A DNA stretch of 64,000 nucleotides from an uncultured Myxococcales bacterium (GTDB lineage: Bacteria > Myxococcota > B64-G9), in NCBI GenBank assembly GCA_964513625.1, contig CAZENH010000017.1, positions 5,947-69,946 on the forward strand, read 5' to 3'. The translations under genes and the position numbers were made by a program. Position 1 is the first letter of the stretch. Each line of letters starts with the position of its first letter. The notes beneath the pieces were generated by a model. It searched no databases and had not been told where the DNA came from. It saw only the letters and a list, made by a program, of their open reading frames with translations. Below, piece by piece: positions 47,921 to 56,937 of this stretch.

Positions 47921-48847
47921 CTACCTCCCAACTCTCTCTACCTTGAAGCCCGCTTTTTGCAGGCGGATGACGATGCCCTCCGGGCCCGGAAGGTGGCCCG
48001 AGCCTATGGCGAAAAACAAGCTCTTGTCCGGCGAGGCTTTCAGCTTGGCTGCGATCCTTTCGGCCATGCGCTTGTTGCGATCGGTGAACAACAGTTTCAT
48101 CATCTTGCGATCCAGCGGATCCGAGGGATCGTACTCTTCGGTCATTTTTTTGAGCAACTCCTTCTCGTCGCCCCTGAGATAGATGTCGATCAACACCTTG
48201 ATGAAGTCCACTCCCTTGGCAATGTACTTGTCACGTTCCTCAAGCGCGTCACGCAGCATCTTGATCTGTTCTTTTTGCGACAGTGAATCGAAGACCGAAA
48301 GCTGCTCGGCCGTCGTCTCGATGCCGCCGACCTGCTTGCCGGCGTCGTTGGCCTGCTTGTAGATGTACTGGTCGAGCGGCTGCTTGGACGCCAGTTCCAT
48401 GAGGTGATCCAGCAAGGTCACCTGGACGGCAATCGCCCAGATCTTGAATCGTCCGAGCATGGCCATCGGCAGCCCCTTGGCGGAAAACAGCTTGTCGATT
48501 TTCGCGTATAGTTTCTTGGGCAGAACGTCTTTCAGGGTCTTGCCTTCCGGCAGCATCGACTTCATGGCGATCTTCATCTGGGTGCCCATGTCCATGGGCA
48601 GCTCGGTGAAGACCGCGTCGGCGCCGTCCAGTGCCGCGCGCACACAGGGCTTGAGTTTCAGCACGCGCTCGTCCGGTACGTGGATGGTGCCGAACAGGTA
48701 CGACGGCTTGGCCCCCTCGATCTTCCACATCAATGGCCGCTGGGAATCCGCGCCCCGGGCGCCTGAGGACGCCAGGAAAAAAGCAAGTACCGCCGTTCCC
48801 CTGAAAAATCGCTGTCTCGCAGAAATAGATCGCATTTGATCTCCCAA
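47921..48847 (-). CDS. TraB/GumN family protein
   Basis: Signal peptide; PSYLFGTIHV; GIET..EQ; RNKRM; FAIGSGHL.G. Confidence 0.88.
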   Translation of the reverse strand: MGDQMRSISARQRFFRGTAVLAFFLASSGARGADSQRPLMWKIEGAKPSYLFGTIHVPDERVLKLKPCVRAALDGADAVFTELPMDMGTQMKIAMKSMLPEGKTLKDVLPKKLYAKIDKLFSAKGLPMAMLGRFKIWAIAVQVTLLDHLMELASKQPLDQYIYKQANDAGKQVGGIETTAEQLSVFDSLSQKEQIKMLRDALEERDKYIAKGVDFIKVLIDIYLRGDEKELLKKMTEEYDPSDPLDRKMMKLLFTDRNKRMAERIAAKLKASPDKSLFFAIGSGHLPGPEGIVIRLQKAGFKVERVGR

Positions 48848-48862
48848 GCCCGCTTGCGGGCG

Positions 48863-49111
48863 CTATTCTATCGGCCGCTTGAGATACAAGATCTCGAGCC
48901 GGCCGTGCTCGAAGTCTTCGGTGGTGACCGCTACCAACTCCCAGCCCTTGTCGCCCGCCAGGTTCAGGTATTCCCATACCCTGGGGCAGTGGTCGGCGAT
49001 TTCCTGCGGCTCCTTGAGTTGCACCATGGGAACGTCGCCCTGCCAGGCGCCGTTGACGAAAGTAACGGCCGCGCCCTGAACCTGGCAAACCTGGTATTCG
49101 AAGCGGGCCAT
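48863..49111 (-). CDS. Small DUF4177-like protein
   Basis: FEYQV N-terminus; LN.AG.KGWELVAV; YLKRP; GGAGGT RBS. Confidence 0.75.
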   Translation of the reverse strand: MARFEYQVCQVQGAAVTFVNGAWQGDVPMVQLKEPQEIADHCPRVWEYLNLAGDKGWELVAVTTEDFEHGRLEILYLKRPIE

Positions 49112-49238
49112 CCCGACCTCCAGTGACTGCGACCTTGCCCCGTCGCACAATATTGATACAATGCCCAGGGTCGGTTGGCAAATGATAAAGCAGGACTGAA
49201 ACTTCGATGTTCGAAATATACGGGAAGGAGTCTCGGAA

Positions 49239-49760
49239 ATGAAGGCGGTAGTAGTTGTCTTGATTGCAGCGGCCCTGGGACTGGGGGGTTACATCCTGGT
49301 GAATCGTCCGGCGCAGATTCCAAACCTGACGTTCGTCGACTCGGCCAAGGTCGGCCACAGCCTGGACCAGATCAGGGGGAAAAACGACACGCTGCTGATG
49401 GTGGTGCTGGGCCCGCAGGATCTGACAAGCAACTATACCGTCAAGAAGCTGAATGAGTGGTTTCCGAAGTACTCGAAATTCGTGTCGTTCGTCGGCCTGA
49501 TGATCGGCAGCGCCGAGACCGCCGAGGCGTTCAAACAGGAGAAAGCGGTGCCGTTCGATATCTATTCGATTCAGTCCAGCACGGACAGGCAGAAGCTCGA
49601 CGAGTTCATCACCAAGTCGGGCAAGGACTATGGCTGCGCCGGATCGACGGTCTACACCGGCACGATAGTCGCGCTGAACTCCGAGCGATACATGCTCTTC
49701 AAGCTCGAGAAGGAACAGCTGGAAGAACTGCCCGCCAAGCTCGCCGATCTGGGATACTGA
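49239..49760 (+). CDS. Membrane-anchored thioredoxin-fold-like protein lacking CxxC
   Basis: N-terminal TM; redoxin-like segments P.LTF.D, FVG, F.QEKAVPFDIY; AAGGAG RBS. Confidence 0.6.
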   Translation: MKAVVVVLIAAALGLGGYILVNRPAQIPNLTFVDSAKVGHSLDQIRGKNDTLLMVVLGPQDLTSNYTVKKLNEWFPKYSKFVSFVGLMIGSAETAEAFKQEKAVPFDIYSIQSSTDRQKLDEFITKSGKDYGCAGSTVYTGTIVALNSERYMLFKLEKEQLEELPAKLADLGY

Positions 49761-50453
49761 TTATGAAGCCGGGCCTTCCCAGCGGTATCCGGCTCCGTGG
49801 ATCGTGCGAATGATGGTCGGGTTTCCCGGATCGGACTCGATTCGTTTTCTCAACCTGGAAATGTGTTGATCGAGCGTTCGTGAAGAGGGCAGGTAGCGCT
49901 GGCCCCAGCAGGCGTTGAAAATCGTGTCGCGGTCGAGCACCACTCCCGGGTTTTCATGAAACAGTTTCAGCAGCTTTATCTCGCGCAAGCTGAACTCCAG
50001 TTGCTCGTCGCCGCGCCGGCCGCGCAGCTTGGCCGGAAAGATCACAAGCTCGCCCATGCGAAACTCGCTGAGCTCCGGCTGGTGCTTTTTCGCAAGGCAG
50101 CGGCGGGTGACCGCTCTGACCCGGGCCACGACTTCCTTGACCCCGAACGGCTTGACGATGAAATCGTCGGCCCCCAGCTCGAGCCCCAGCACCTTGTCCA
50201 GTTCTTCGGATTTGGCGCTGATGAAGATCAAACCGACGTTTTTGTCGAGGGCCCTGATCTCGCGGCAGACATCGTAGCCAGAGGCCGCCGGCATCATGAT
50301 GTCGAGACAGACGAAATCCGGTCTCTGACTCTCGAACAATTCGACGGCTTGTTTGCCGTCCGCGGCGGTTATCACCGTGTAACCCTCGGCTTCGAGTATT
50401 TCTTGCAAACCTTCCCGGGTCAGGACGTCATCTTCGGCAATCAGCACTTTCAT
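49761..50453 (-). CDS. OmpR-family response regulator
   Basis: VLIAEDD, LDIMMP, GADDFIVKPF; wHTH RTLDQHISRLRKRIE...IRTIHGAGY. Confidence 0.95.
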   Translation of the reverse strand: MKVLIAEDDVLTREGLQEILEAEGYTVITAADGKQAVELFESQRPDFVCLDIMMPAASGYDVCREIRALDKNVGLIFISAKSEELDKVLGLELGADDFIVKPFGVKEVVARVRAVTRRCLAKKHQPELSEFRMGELVIFPAKLRGRRGDEQLEFSLREIKLLKLFHENPGVVLDRDTIFNACWGQRYLPSSRTLDQHISRLRKRIESDPGNPTIIRTIHGAGYRWEGPAS

Positions 50454-52011
50454 CTTGGGACTCCGTCTCGGTAACAAGTGTCATCTCGAAAACGGCTCCC
50501 GAGTCGCTGGGCACAAGTTCCAGGTCGCCGCCGTGAAGTCTGGCAAGGTCACGTGCAATCGAAAGACCGATTCCGGTTCCGGCGGCGCCCTCGGAGACGG
50601 CGGAACCCAGCCTGAAAAACGGCTCGAAGACGCGCTCTTTGCAACTTGCCGGTACGCCCGGGCCCGAGTCGGCAACCGTGATCCTGGTGCGGTTTTCGGC
50701 CTGGCTGGTCCGGATCGTGAGCCTGCCTCCCGGAGCGTACTTTTCGACGTTGGTCAGCAGGTTGTTGATGATCTGCCTCAGCACGTCCTCGTCCAACAGC
50801 ACCCGCCGCGGGGCGCCGCGCTCGAAATCGAATTCGATGTTTTTCTCCGAAAGCGCGCGGGCCGATTGTTCGAGCAGCCGGCCGATGATCTCGTCGACTA
50901 CGCCGGGCAGCTTGCGCAGTTTGAGTGTGCCGCGCTGGTGGCGCGAGAAGGTCAAGACGTTGTCGATCAGCCGGCTCAGCCGCTGCGATTCGCTGACGAC
51001 CACCTCCAGGTGACGACTTGCGCGTTGGTCTTCCCCGCCCAGGTGCTCCTGCAGCAGTTCGGCGTACATGCGAATGTTGGTCAGCGGTGTCTTTAGCTCG
51101 TGGGAAACGTGGTTGACGAAAGACACCCGCTGGCCGGCGTCGCGCAGCTCGCGCGAGCTCTCGCGGTAAAAGTAGATCGCAAGGCCCAGAAGGGCAAGGC
51201 CAAGGGCGCAAAGTCCCAGGATCAGAAAGAACTGGGTGCCGGAATCGAATACGCCCGACGGGGAAACACCGCCGGTGTAGATTGCCAGGTGCCAGGGCTT
51301 CAAGGGAGCAGCGAGGGCCAGGCTGGTCGCGGGAGCCTCATTCTCGCCCGGGTTGTAGTCGCCCCACTGGTAAAGGACCCGGTCACGGGAATCGGTCAAG
51401 GTCAATCTGGCCTCCAGCGACGCGGGCGAGCGGGTGTCGGGCAACTCGGAGATGATGTCGGCGATCAGCCTGAAGCGATCGAGTTCGAAACCCAGGATGG
51501 CGCCGTTGCCAAGTCGCTGCCAGAGCAGGATGTTGAGACCGCTGCGCCAGTACCAGGTGTACCAGCCGTGGTCGGCCTGAGCCGGGCGTTCGCCGGGACG
51601 TTCGCCCGCGGGTCTCAAGAAAACGTCCCGATCGTCGAAGATCTGACCGGCCCGGTTGATGAATGTCCGCTCGGCCATGCTGAGCGGTCCGGCCGGGGAC
51701 GGATGCAGCAGCTTGCCGTCCCGGTCCAACAAGAACACTTGTCTGATCCAGGGTTCGCTTCTCACGGTTTCTCTCATGGCTTCCGCAGTCAGAGACAGGC
51801 TACCGCCCAACTTGACCAGCCGTTGCTCGCGGCGTGCCAAAACCTTGCTGATTGTAGTCTCTACGTCGGCCAGCTTGGCTTGCTGCAGCGCCAAGAAAGA
51901 GCGTTCGACGGCGACCCGCTGGCTTGCTATCAATCGCGAACCGAGCCAGGTCAACAGGCCCAGGGGCACCATGACCAGCAACAGCAGGATTATTATCAGC
52001 TTGGGTTTCAA
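50428..52011 (-). CDS. Membrane sensor histidine kinase
   Basis: Two TM helices flanking a periplasmic domain; SHELKTPL, NNLLTN, DSGPG, FEPFFR, GTGIGL; TTG start. Confidence 0.92.
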   Translation of the reverse strand: MKPKLIIILLLLVMVPLGLLTWLGSRLIASQRVAVERSFLALQQAKLADVETTISKVLARREQRLVKLGGSLSLTAEAMRETVRSEPWIRQVFLLDRDGKLLHPSPAGPLSMAERTFINRAGQIFDDRDVFLRPAGERPGERPAQADHGWYTWYWRSGLNILLWQRLGNGAILGFELDRFRLIADIISELPDTRSPASLEARLTLTDSRDRVLYQWGDYNPGENEAPATSLALAAPLKPWHLAIYTGGVSPSGVFDSGTQFFLILGLCALGLALLGLAIYFYRESSRELRDAGQRVSFVNHVSHELKTPLTNIRMYAELLQEHLGGEDQRASRHLEVVVSESQRLSRLIDNVLTFSRHQRGTLKLRKLPGVVDEIIGRLLEQSARALSEKNIEFDFERGAPRRVLLDEDVLRQIINNLLTNVEKYAPGGRLTIRTSQAENRTRITVADSGPGVPASCKERVFEPFFRLGSAVSEGAAGTGIGLSIARDLARLHGGDLELVPSDSGAVFEMTLVTETESQDESADCRR

Positions 52012-52025
52012 AGTATAGCCGCACC

Positions 52026-53348
52026 TCACCAGGCCTGCTGGGAGTCGAACTCGTACTGTTTCTTGCGCATCTGCTTGCGCTGCCGATCCCATCTCTCGGG
52101 AGACAGGTTGTCGGAGTCGGCCCTGTTTGCTTTTCCGAAATTTTTCAGGCGCGATGACCTGTACTTGACGGCGTTGTCGTTGAGGTAACGCTCGTTGCCC
52201 AGCAGGACCTGGCGCGCCTCGTGGATATTGCCCTGGTCGCGAAGAGCCAGGGCGCGCTTGTTGGTCTCGTTGGCGACCTGTTCCACGGCGGCGATCATCA
52301 CCTTCGAGTTCGTGTTGTCTTTGACGAGCTTGGCCGACCCGGTGAAGATTACGCTCTTTCTGGCTTCGATGTGGGCCTTGTGCTTGGCCGCCATGTCGGT
52401 GTAATCGACCGAGACCGAGGCCAGCGGGCGGGTCTGTCCGGCCGGCGAGCCGTCCACTTCGACTTCGAGCAGGATGTATTTCTCCTGCCGGCCGTAGATC
52501 TGATTGAGCCTGGCGGTGATAGTCTGGCCGACTATGTCGGCGTCCCGGCCCAGAACGCGCACCGGGCGGACGCCCGGCGAGCAGCTGATCACGACGTTGA
52601 CGTCGTTGGCCACCACCGAGAGAATGTCGCCGAACTCGTAGTTGAAGATCCGGGCCAGCTGCTCCGGGCCTTCCACGAAGGCGTGGTTGCCGTCCGAGGC
52701 GCGGGCCAGCTTGACCATCAGGTCCTCGTTGTAACCCAGTCCGAGACCGATGGTGGTGACCGAGATGCCCTCCTTGATCAGGCTGGCGCCCAGGGCCGCC
52801 AAGGCGTCCGGGGACGACGGGCCGACGTTGGCCAGGCCGTCGGAAAGCAGAATCACCCGGTTGACCTGGTTGCGCACCAGGAACTTGCGCGTTTCCTGGG
52901 CGCCCTTGCTGACGCCGCCGAACAGCGCCGTCATGCCTCCCGGATGGAGACGGTTGATGGCGTTGAAGATGTATTGTTTGTCGGTGACCTTGGTTGCCGG
53001 CACGAGCACGTTGATGTTCTGGTCGTAGGCCACCACCGAAACGATGTCGTCGGGGCCGAGGCGATCGATGGCCATGATGGCGGCCTCCTTGGCGCGGCGG
53101 ATCTTCATCCCGCTCATCGATCCCGAACGATCGAGCACGATGGCCACGTTGACCGGCGCCCGTTCTCTCTCGGACGCCAGCGCCAGTCCGGTAAGCCCGA
53201 TCTTGAGGTAGGTCGTCTGCTTGTGCCCGGCCAGCAGCATCGGGTGGCTGACGTCGAAGCCGAGCCGAACCTGCCCGGCCTGCGCCCCGCAGGCCCCGAA
53301 CAGCGTAAGCGCCAGGGCCGCCCCCAGGAATGTCTTGAACCAGTGCAT
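52026..53348 (-). CDS. Exported VWA domain protein (YfbK-like)
   Basis: Signal or lipoprotein peptide; MIDAS DRSGS, GMTAL, LLSDG, TTIGLG. Confidence 0.9.
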   Translation of the reverse strand: MHWFKTFLGAALALTLFGACGAQAGQVRLGFDVSHPMLLAGHKQTTYLKIGLTGLALASERERAPVNVAIVLDRSGSMSGMKIRRAKEAAIMAIDRLGPDDIVSVVAYDQNINVLVPATKVTDKQYIFNAINRLHPGGMTALFGGVSKGAQETRKFLVRNQVNRVILLSDGLANVGPSSPDALAALGASLIKEGISVTTIGLGLGYNEDLMVKLARASDGNHAFVEGPEQLARIFNYEFGDILSVVANDVNVVISCSPGVRPVRVLGRDADIVGQTITARLNQIYGRQEKYILLEVEVDGSPAGQTRPLASVSVDYTDMAAKHKAHIEARKSVIFTGSAKLVKDNTNSKVMIAAVEQVANETNKRALALRDQGNIHEARQVLLGNERYLNDNAVKYRSSRLKNFGKANRADSDNLSPERWDRQRKQMRKKQYEFDSQQAW

Positions 53349-53439
53349 GACAATCTCCTTTCTTCTTTTACCAGGTTTCGTAAGAATGAGTCTTCACTTT
53401 TTCATTCAAGCGCACAATCGGCCCCGAGTGGTTGCAAGC

Positions 53440-53472
53440 TGGTAAAAGATTTGTAAAAAATTTGTAGCCGTC
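53440..53472. repeat. Three direct repeats with 11-bp period, candidate response-regulator site
   Basis: tggtaaaagat / ttgtaaaaaat / ttgtagccgtc, about 90 bp upstream of the VWA-HK-RR operon. Confidence 0.5.
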
Positions 53473-53537
53473 CGGCCGCTTGATTGGGCCGCTTCTTGAC
53501 TTGGGCCGGGTTCGCTGGTAGGCATGGCCTTGGCTGG

Positions 53538-53608
53538 TGAGGCGTCGTCTAAGGGCAGGACAGCGGACTTTGGCTCCGCCAATGAAGGTTCGAATCCTTC
53601 CGCCTCAG
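53538..53608 (+). tRNA. tRNA-Gln (anticodon TTG), CCA not encoded
   Basis: Acceptor TGAGGCG/CGCCTCA, anticodon arm GCGGA-CTTTGGC-TCCGC, T-arm GAAGG-TTCGAAT-CCTTC. Confidence 0.95.
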
Positions 53609-53652
53609 TTTTGTGTGACCACGGCAGGATTACTATTTCGAGGAGGGCGGCA

Positions 53653-54594
53653 ATGAGGACTATCATTTCGGTGGTAATGGCGGTTGTCTTGCTGGGTTGG
53701 ATCGATCTCGCGCAAGCGCAAGAGGGCGAGACCGGCGGCGATACGGCCACGGAAGATACGGGCAAAAGCGGAACAGACACCAAGAAGACGGAAGAAGACA
53801 AGAAGGTAGGCACAGAGGGCGACTCGGAGACCGATCCCTGGGCGTCTCCCAAGGCCGCCGAAGAGAAGGAGACGCCGATAGCGGAGACTACTCCCGAGGT
53901 GGTTTTGCCGGGAGGCTACCCGGTATCCGAGATCGACCGGCCCCTGGCGTTGCCCAGGATGACCCTCGAGCCGCGGCTGAACTTCGACATCGACTTCTTT
54001 CATGGCGGCGACAACTGGTTCTCGACCATGTTGGGCGCCGGATTTGGTATGATCGACAACCTGGAAGCCGGAATCGACCTGGCGCTGTCATTCTCTCCCC
54101 ATGTCTATGCGGGAATGAGGCTCTACGGTTTGTACGAGTTTGGCAAATTCCTGGACGGCAAGCTGCGAGCGGCCGGGCAACTGCAACTGTTCATCCCGTT
54201 TTCCAAGAAATTTTTCGCCTACTGGGGCGGCTCGGCGGTGACCATGCTTGCCGGCGCTCCGGTGAAGTTCAAACTCAGCGACATGTTCGCGTTGATCGGC
54301 GATCTCGGAATGGGATTCCTGATCGGCCACGACCCCGCGCCGAACTACTTCTTGTTGCAAGTCGACGCCGGGGTTCTGGTTCAACCAATCGAACCGCTGG
54401 CGATCTCGCTCGAGTTCGGGGTGCTGGCCTACCTGGGCAGCAACAGCGATGCGGCGGTGCCGATGACTTTCAAGGGCCAGTACACCCTGGTGGGCGACCT
54501 GGATTTGTTTGTCGAGTTCGCCTTCAAAGACCTGAGCAACGGCGCCGACTGGGTGCAACTCATGTTCGGCGCGGCCTACCGCGTGGCCCTGTAA
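53653..54594 (+). CDS. Outer membrane beta-barrel-like protein with acidic disordered N-terminus
   Basis: GAGGAGG RBS; signal peptide; E/T/D/K-rich linker; alternating amphipathic strands ending FGAAYRVAL. Confidence 0.75.
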   Translation: MRTIISVVMAVVLLGWIDLAQAQEGETGGDTATEDTGKSGTDTKKTEEDKKVGTEGDSETDPWASPKAAEEKETPIAETTPEVVLPGGYPVSEIDRPLALPRMTLEPRLNFDIDFFHGGDNWFSTMLGAGFGMIDNLEAGIDLALSFSPHVYAGMRLYGLYEFGKFLDGKLRAAGQLQLFIPFSKKFFAYWGGSAVTMLAGAPVKFKLSDMFALIGDLGMGFLIGHDPAPNYFLLQVDAGVLVQPIEPLAISLEFGVLAYLGSNSDAAVPMTFKGQYTLVGDLDLFVEFAFKDLSNGADWVQLMFGAAYRVAL

Positions 54595-54605
54595 GAGCGG
54601 GGGTT

Positions 54606-55859
54606 CTACCTGAACAGGAAGATGATCTCGACCCGGCGGTTCTGGGCGCGTCCCTTGGCCCTCGAATTGTCGGCCACCGGGCGCGACTCGCCGTAGCCGG
54701 ATGCCTTGACGCGGTTGAACCCGAGTTTCTCCTGCTGCACCAGATAATCGAGCACTGACTGGGCCCGGCTCTGGGAAAGGGCCAGGTTGGAGGTCTCGTG
54801 GCCGCGCGAGTCGGTGTAGCCCTCGACCACCAAGGGATAGTCGCTGTATTTCTTGGCAAGCCCCGCGATCTTGTCGAGCATGTAGGTACGCTCGGGCAGC
54901 ACCAGTGCCTTGCCCGGGGCGAACATGTCGCGCAACGTCAGCACCACGCCGCGCTTCTCGGTCTTGACCTCGATGCCACCGATGCCGTTGGCCTCCTTGA
55001 ACAGGTTCTCGCGCTCTTGTAGCAGCTCTGTCTCCTTCTTGCTCTTTTTGTACTCCTCCTGGGCCTTGGCAGTGGCCAGGTCGATCTTGGTGACCGCCAT
55101 CTTGGCCAGGTCGAGAGCGTTTGCAAAGCGCTTCTCTCCGAGCGCCTTCTTCGACTGTTCGACGAAGGTCTTGGCTCCGCCGAGATTGGCGGGATCGTAC
55201 TTGTTGGCGTCCAGCGCCTCGGCCATCTGGATCTTCGAAGACGCCTTGGCCAGCACTTCCTGGACCTCTTTTTCCTTCTTCAACTCCTCGGCCCGGGCCT
55301 GCTCCGCAGCCAGTCGCTCGGCGGCGGCCTTCTGCTCGGCCTCGAGCTTGGCCTTGGCATCCGCCTGGGCCTTTTTCAGCTCGGCGGCGACACGCGCCTT
55401 GTCGCGTTTGGACTTGGTCTTCTCGGCATTCAGCTTCGACTTCAGCGCTATAATTTCCTCCATGCGCCCGGCACGTTTCTCGGCGTCGGCCCGGCGGGCT
55501 TCCTGGTTGACCGTGACCTTTTCGGCCGCGGCCAGGCGCTGCTTGGCTTTAGCGTTGCGGTCTTCGGCGGCCAGGCGCTTCGCCTGCTCCATGGCGGTCG
55601 AGAATATAATGGCCGACATGGTCGAGTAATAGATGCAGTCGTCCTGTTCACCGTCGTCGAAAGCCTCCTCGGCCAACTTGTAGTAACGCTGGCTGAGCTT
55701 GAACATCTGAGGGGCCGCCTTGGCGGCCAAGGCGGCATTTGACTTATTAAGCACCATTCGGTCGGCCTTGACCAACTCGGACGGGCGCGGACCGGGGCCG
55801 CAGAAGCACAGGGCGGAGACAGCCAGCAGGGCCAACATGGATATCAGAAGCTTTTTCAT
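54606..55859 (-). CDS. OmpA/MotB-family lipoprotein with DUF4398-like and coiled-coil regions
   Basis: Signal ending in Cys; long Ala/Lys/Glu coiled coil; EGYTDSRG, NLALSQSRA, GYGE..PV, NRRVEI. Confidence 0.9.
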   Translation of the reverse strand: MKKLLISMLALLAVSALCFCGPGPRPSELVKADRMVLNKSNAALAAKAAPQMFKLSQRYYKLAEEAFDDGEQDDCIYYSTMSAIIFSTAMEQAKRLAAEDRNAKAKQRLAAAEKVTVNQEARRADAEKRAGRMEEIIALKSKLNAEKTKSKRDKARVAAELKKAQADAKAKLEAEQKAAAERLAAEQARAEELKKEKEVQEVLAKASSKIQMAEALDANKYDPANLGGAKTFVEQSKKALGEKRFANALDLAKMAVTKIDLATAKAQEEYKKSKKETELLQERENLFKEANGIGGIEVKTEKRGVVLTLRDMFAPGKALVLPERTYMLDKIAGLAKKYSDYPLVVEGYTDSRGHETSNLALSQSRAQSVLDYLVQQEKLGFNRVKASGYGESRPVADNSRAKGRAQNRRVEIIFLFR

Positions 55860-55870
55860 GGCACGTTCTC

Positions 55871-56311
55871 CTATAAACCCTTGGCCTCGAGGGCCTTCAT
55901 CTTCTCCTCGGCGGCATCAGCGGCTTTTGTTGCCTTGTTGGCCAATTCTTCGGCGTTACTGGCCAGCGCCTCTGCCTCCTCGGCCTCGCTCTCGGCCGCC
56001 AGGCGGTTTATCTTGGCGCGTATATACTGGGCCTGGGCCTCGATCTTTTTCATGATCGGTTCGATGTCGTCGATGCGATCATTGGCTAAAAAGGCCTGGG
56101 CCTGCCCGATCCAGGTACGGATCATCTCGATGTCGCTGGCGGCGCCCTCGGTGACGTCGGCCTCCTTGAGATCGGCGATCACCTTGCTGAAGCGGTTGAA
56201 CTGTTGCTGGAAATACTTGGCGTCCTTGTCGGCCGCACCGGACGGCCCGGCAAGCAGGGCCAGCAGGCCGAGCGCCGGAAGAAAAACACTGCAAAAAATC
56301 CGTATACGCAT
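55871..56311 (-). CDS. Secreted helical protein, partner of the OmpA gene (DUF4398-like)
   Basis: Signal peptide; Ala/Glu-rich helices; GAGGG RBS; directly upstream of the OmpA gene. Confidence 0.7.
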   Translation of the reverse strand: MRIRIFCSVFLPALGLLALLAGPSGAADKDAKYFQQQFNRFSKVIADLKEADVTEGAASDIEMIRTWIGQAQAFLANDRIDDIEPIMKKIEAQAQYIRAKINRLAAESEAEEAEALASNAEELANKATKAADAAEEKMKALEAKGL

Positions 56312-56410
56312 GACTTCCCTCCTCGTAGTAGTCAGAACAAGCGAAATTCAGGTGAACCTAACACCCGGCAAGTGCACTGTCAATTCGAGCGCCGGCAGGT
56401 GTATGTCCGG

Positions 56411-56917
56411 TCAGGCATCGGCCAGCAAGGCCGTCGCCTTGCCTTCTGACTGCTGCAGGCGACGGGCGGCCTTACGCCTCTTGTCATGCCCGACTTCGGA
56501 GGCCGGTATGAACTCGATAGCTTCTACTTCGCAGAAACGCACGCACTGGGGATCCCCGTCGCAAAGATCGCACTTTGTCACCCGGCGATCGGAAGCGATG
56601 AAATTCATGGCGCCGAAGGGACAAACCGAGACGCAGGTGCGGCAGCCGATGCAGACGTCATAATCTATCTCGACTCGTCCCAACTCCTGGTTGCGGGCAA
56701 GGGCCTTGGCCGGGCAGGCGTTGACGCAGGGGGCGTCCTCGCACTGTTGACAGGTCATCGGCACGTAGACGCCCTCGGCCTCCCATTTTATGACCCGGAT
56801 GCGGCTGCGTTCGGGGTTGGAGACATGATCGTGGCGCACCGAGCAGACCAGCTCGCACAACCTGCAGCCGGTGCATTTTTCGTAGTCGATTCTCAATACC
56901 TTGTTGCCGGTTTGCAT
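56411..56917 (-). CDS. 4Fe-4S polyferredoxin electron-transfer subunit (DmsB/HydN-like)
   Basis: CTGCRLCELVC, CQQCEDAPCVNACP, CIGCRTCVSVCP, KCDLC...CVRFC; GAGGAGG RBS. Confidence 0.93.
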   Translation of the reverse strand: MQTGNKVLRIDYEKCTGCRLCELVCSVRHDHVSNPERSRIRVIKWEAEGVYVPMTCQQCEDAPCVNACPAKALARNQELGRVEIDYDVCIGCRTCVSVCPFGAMNFIASDRRVTKCDLCDGDPQCVRFCEVEAIEFIPASEVGHDKRRKAARRLQQSEGKATALLADA

Positions 56918-56937
56918 GGCGAACCTCCTCAAAGCGA

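Noticed and set aside
49144-49159. Shared CGCACAA motif at 33043, 49144 and 53411 as a regulon
   Set aside because: Only the first is a full palindrome; the others are 7-bp half matches expected by chance.
53349-53660. Integrative element at tRNA-Gln
   Set aside because: No integrase and no duplicated tRNA 3' end found in the window; the 53524 ORF start running through the tRNA is an artefact.
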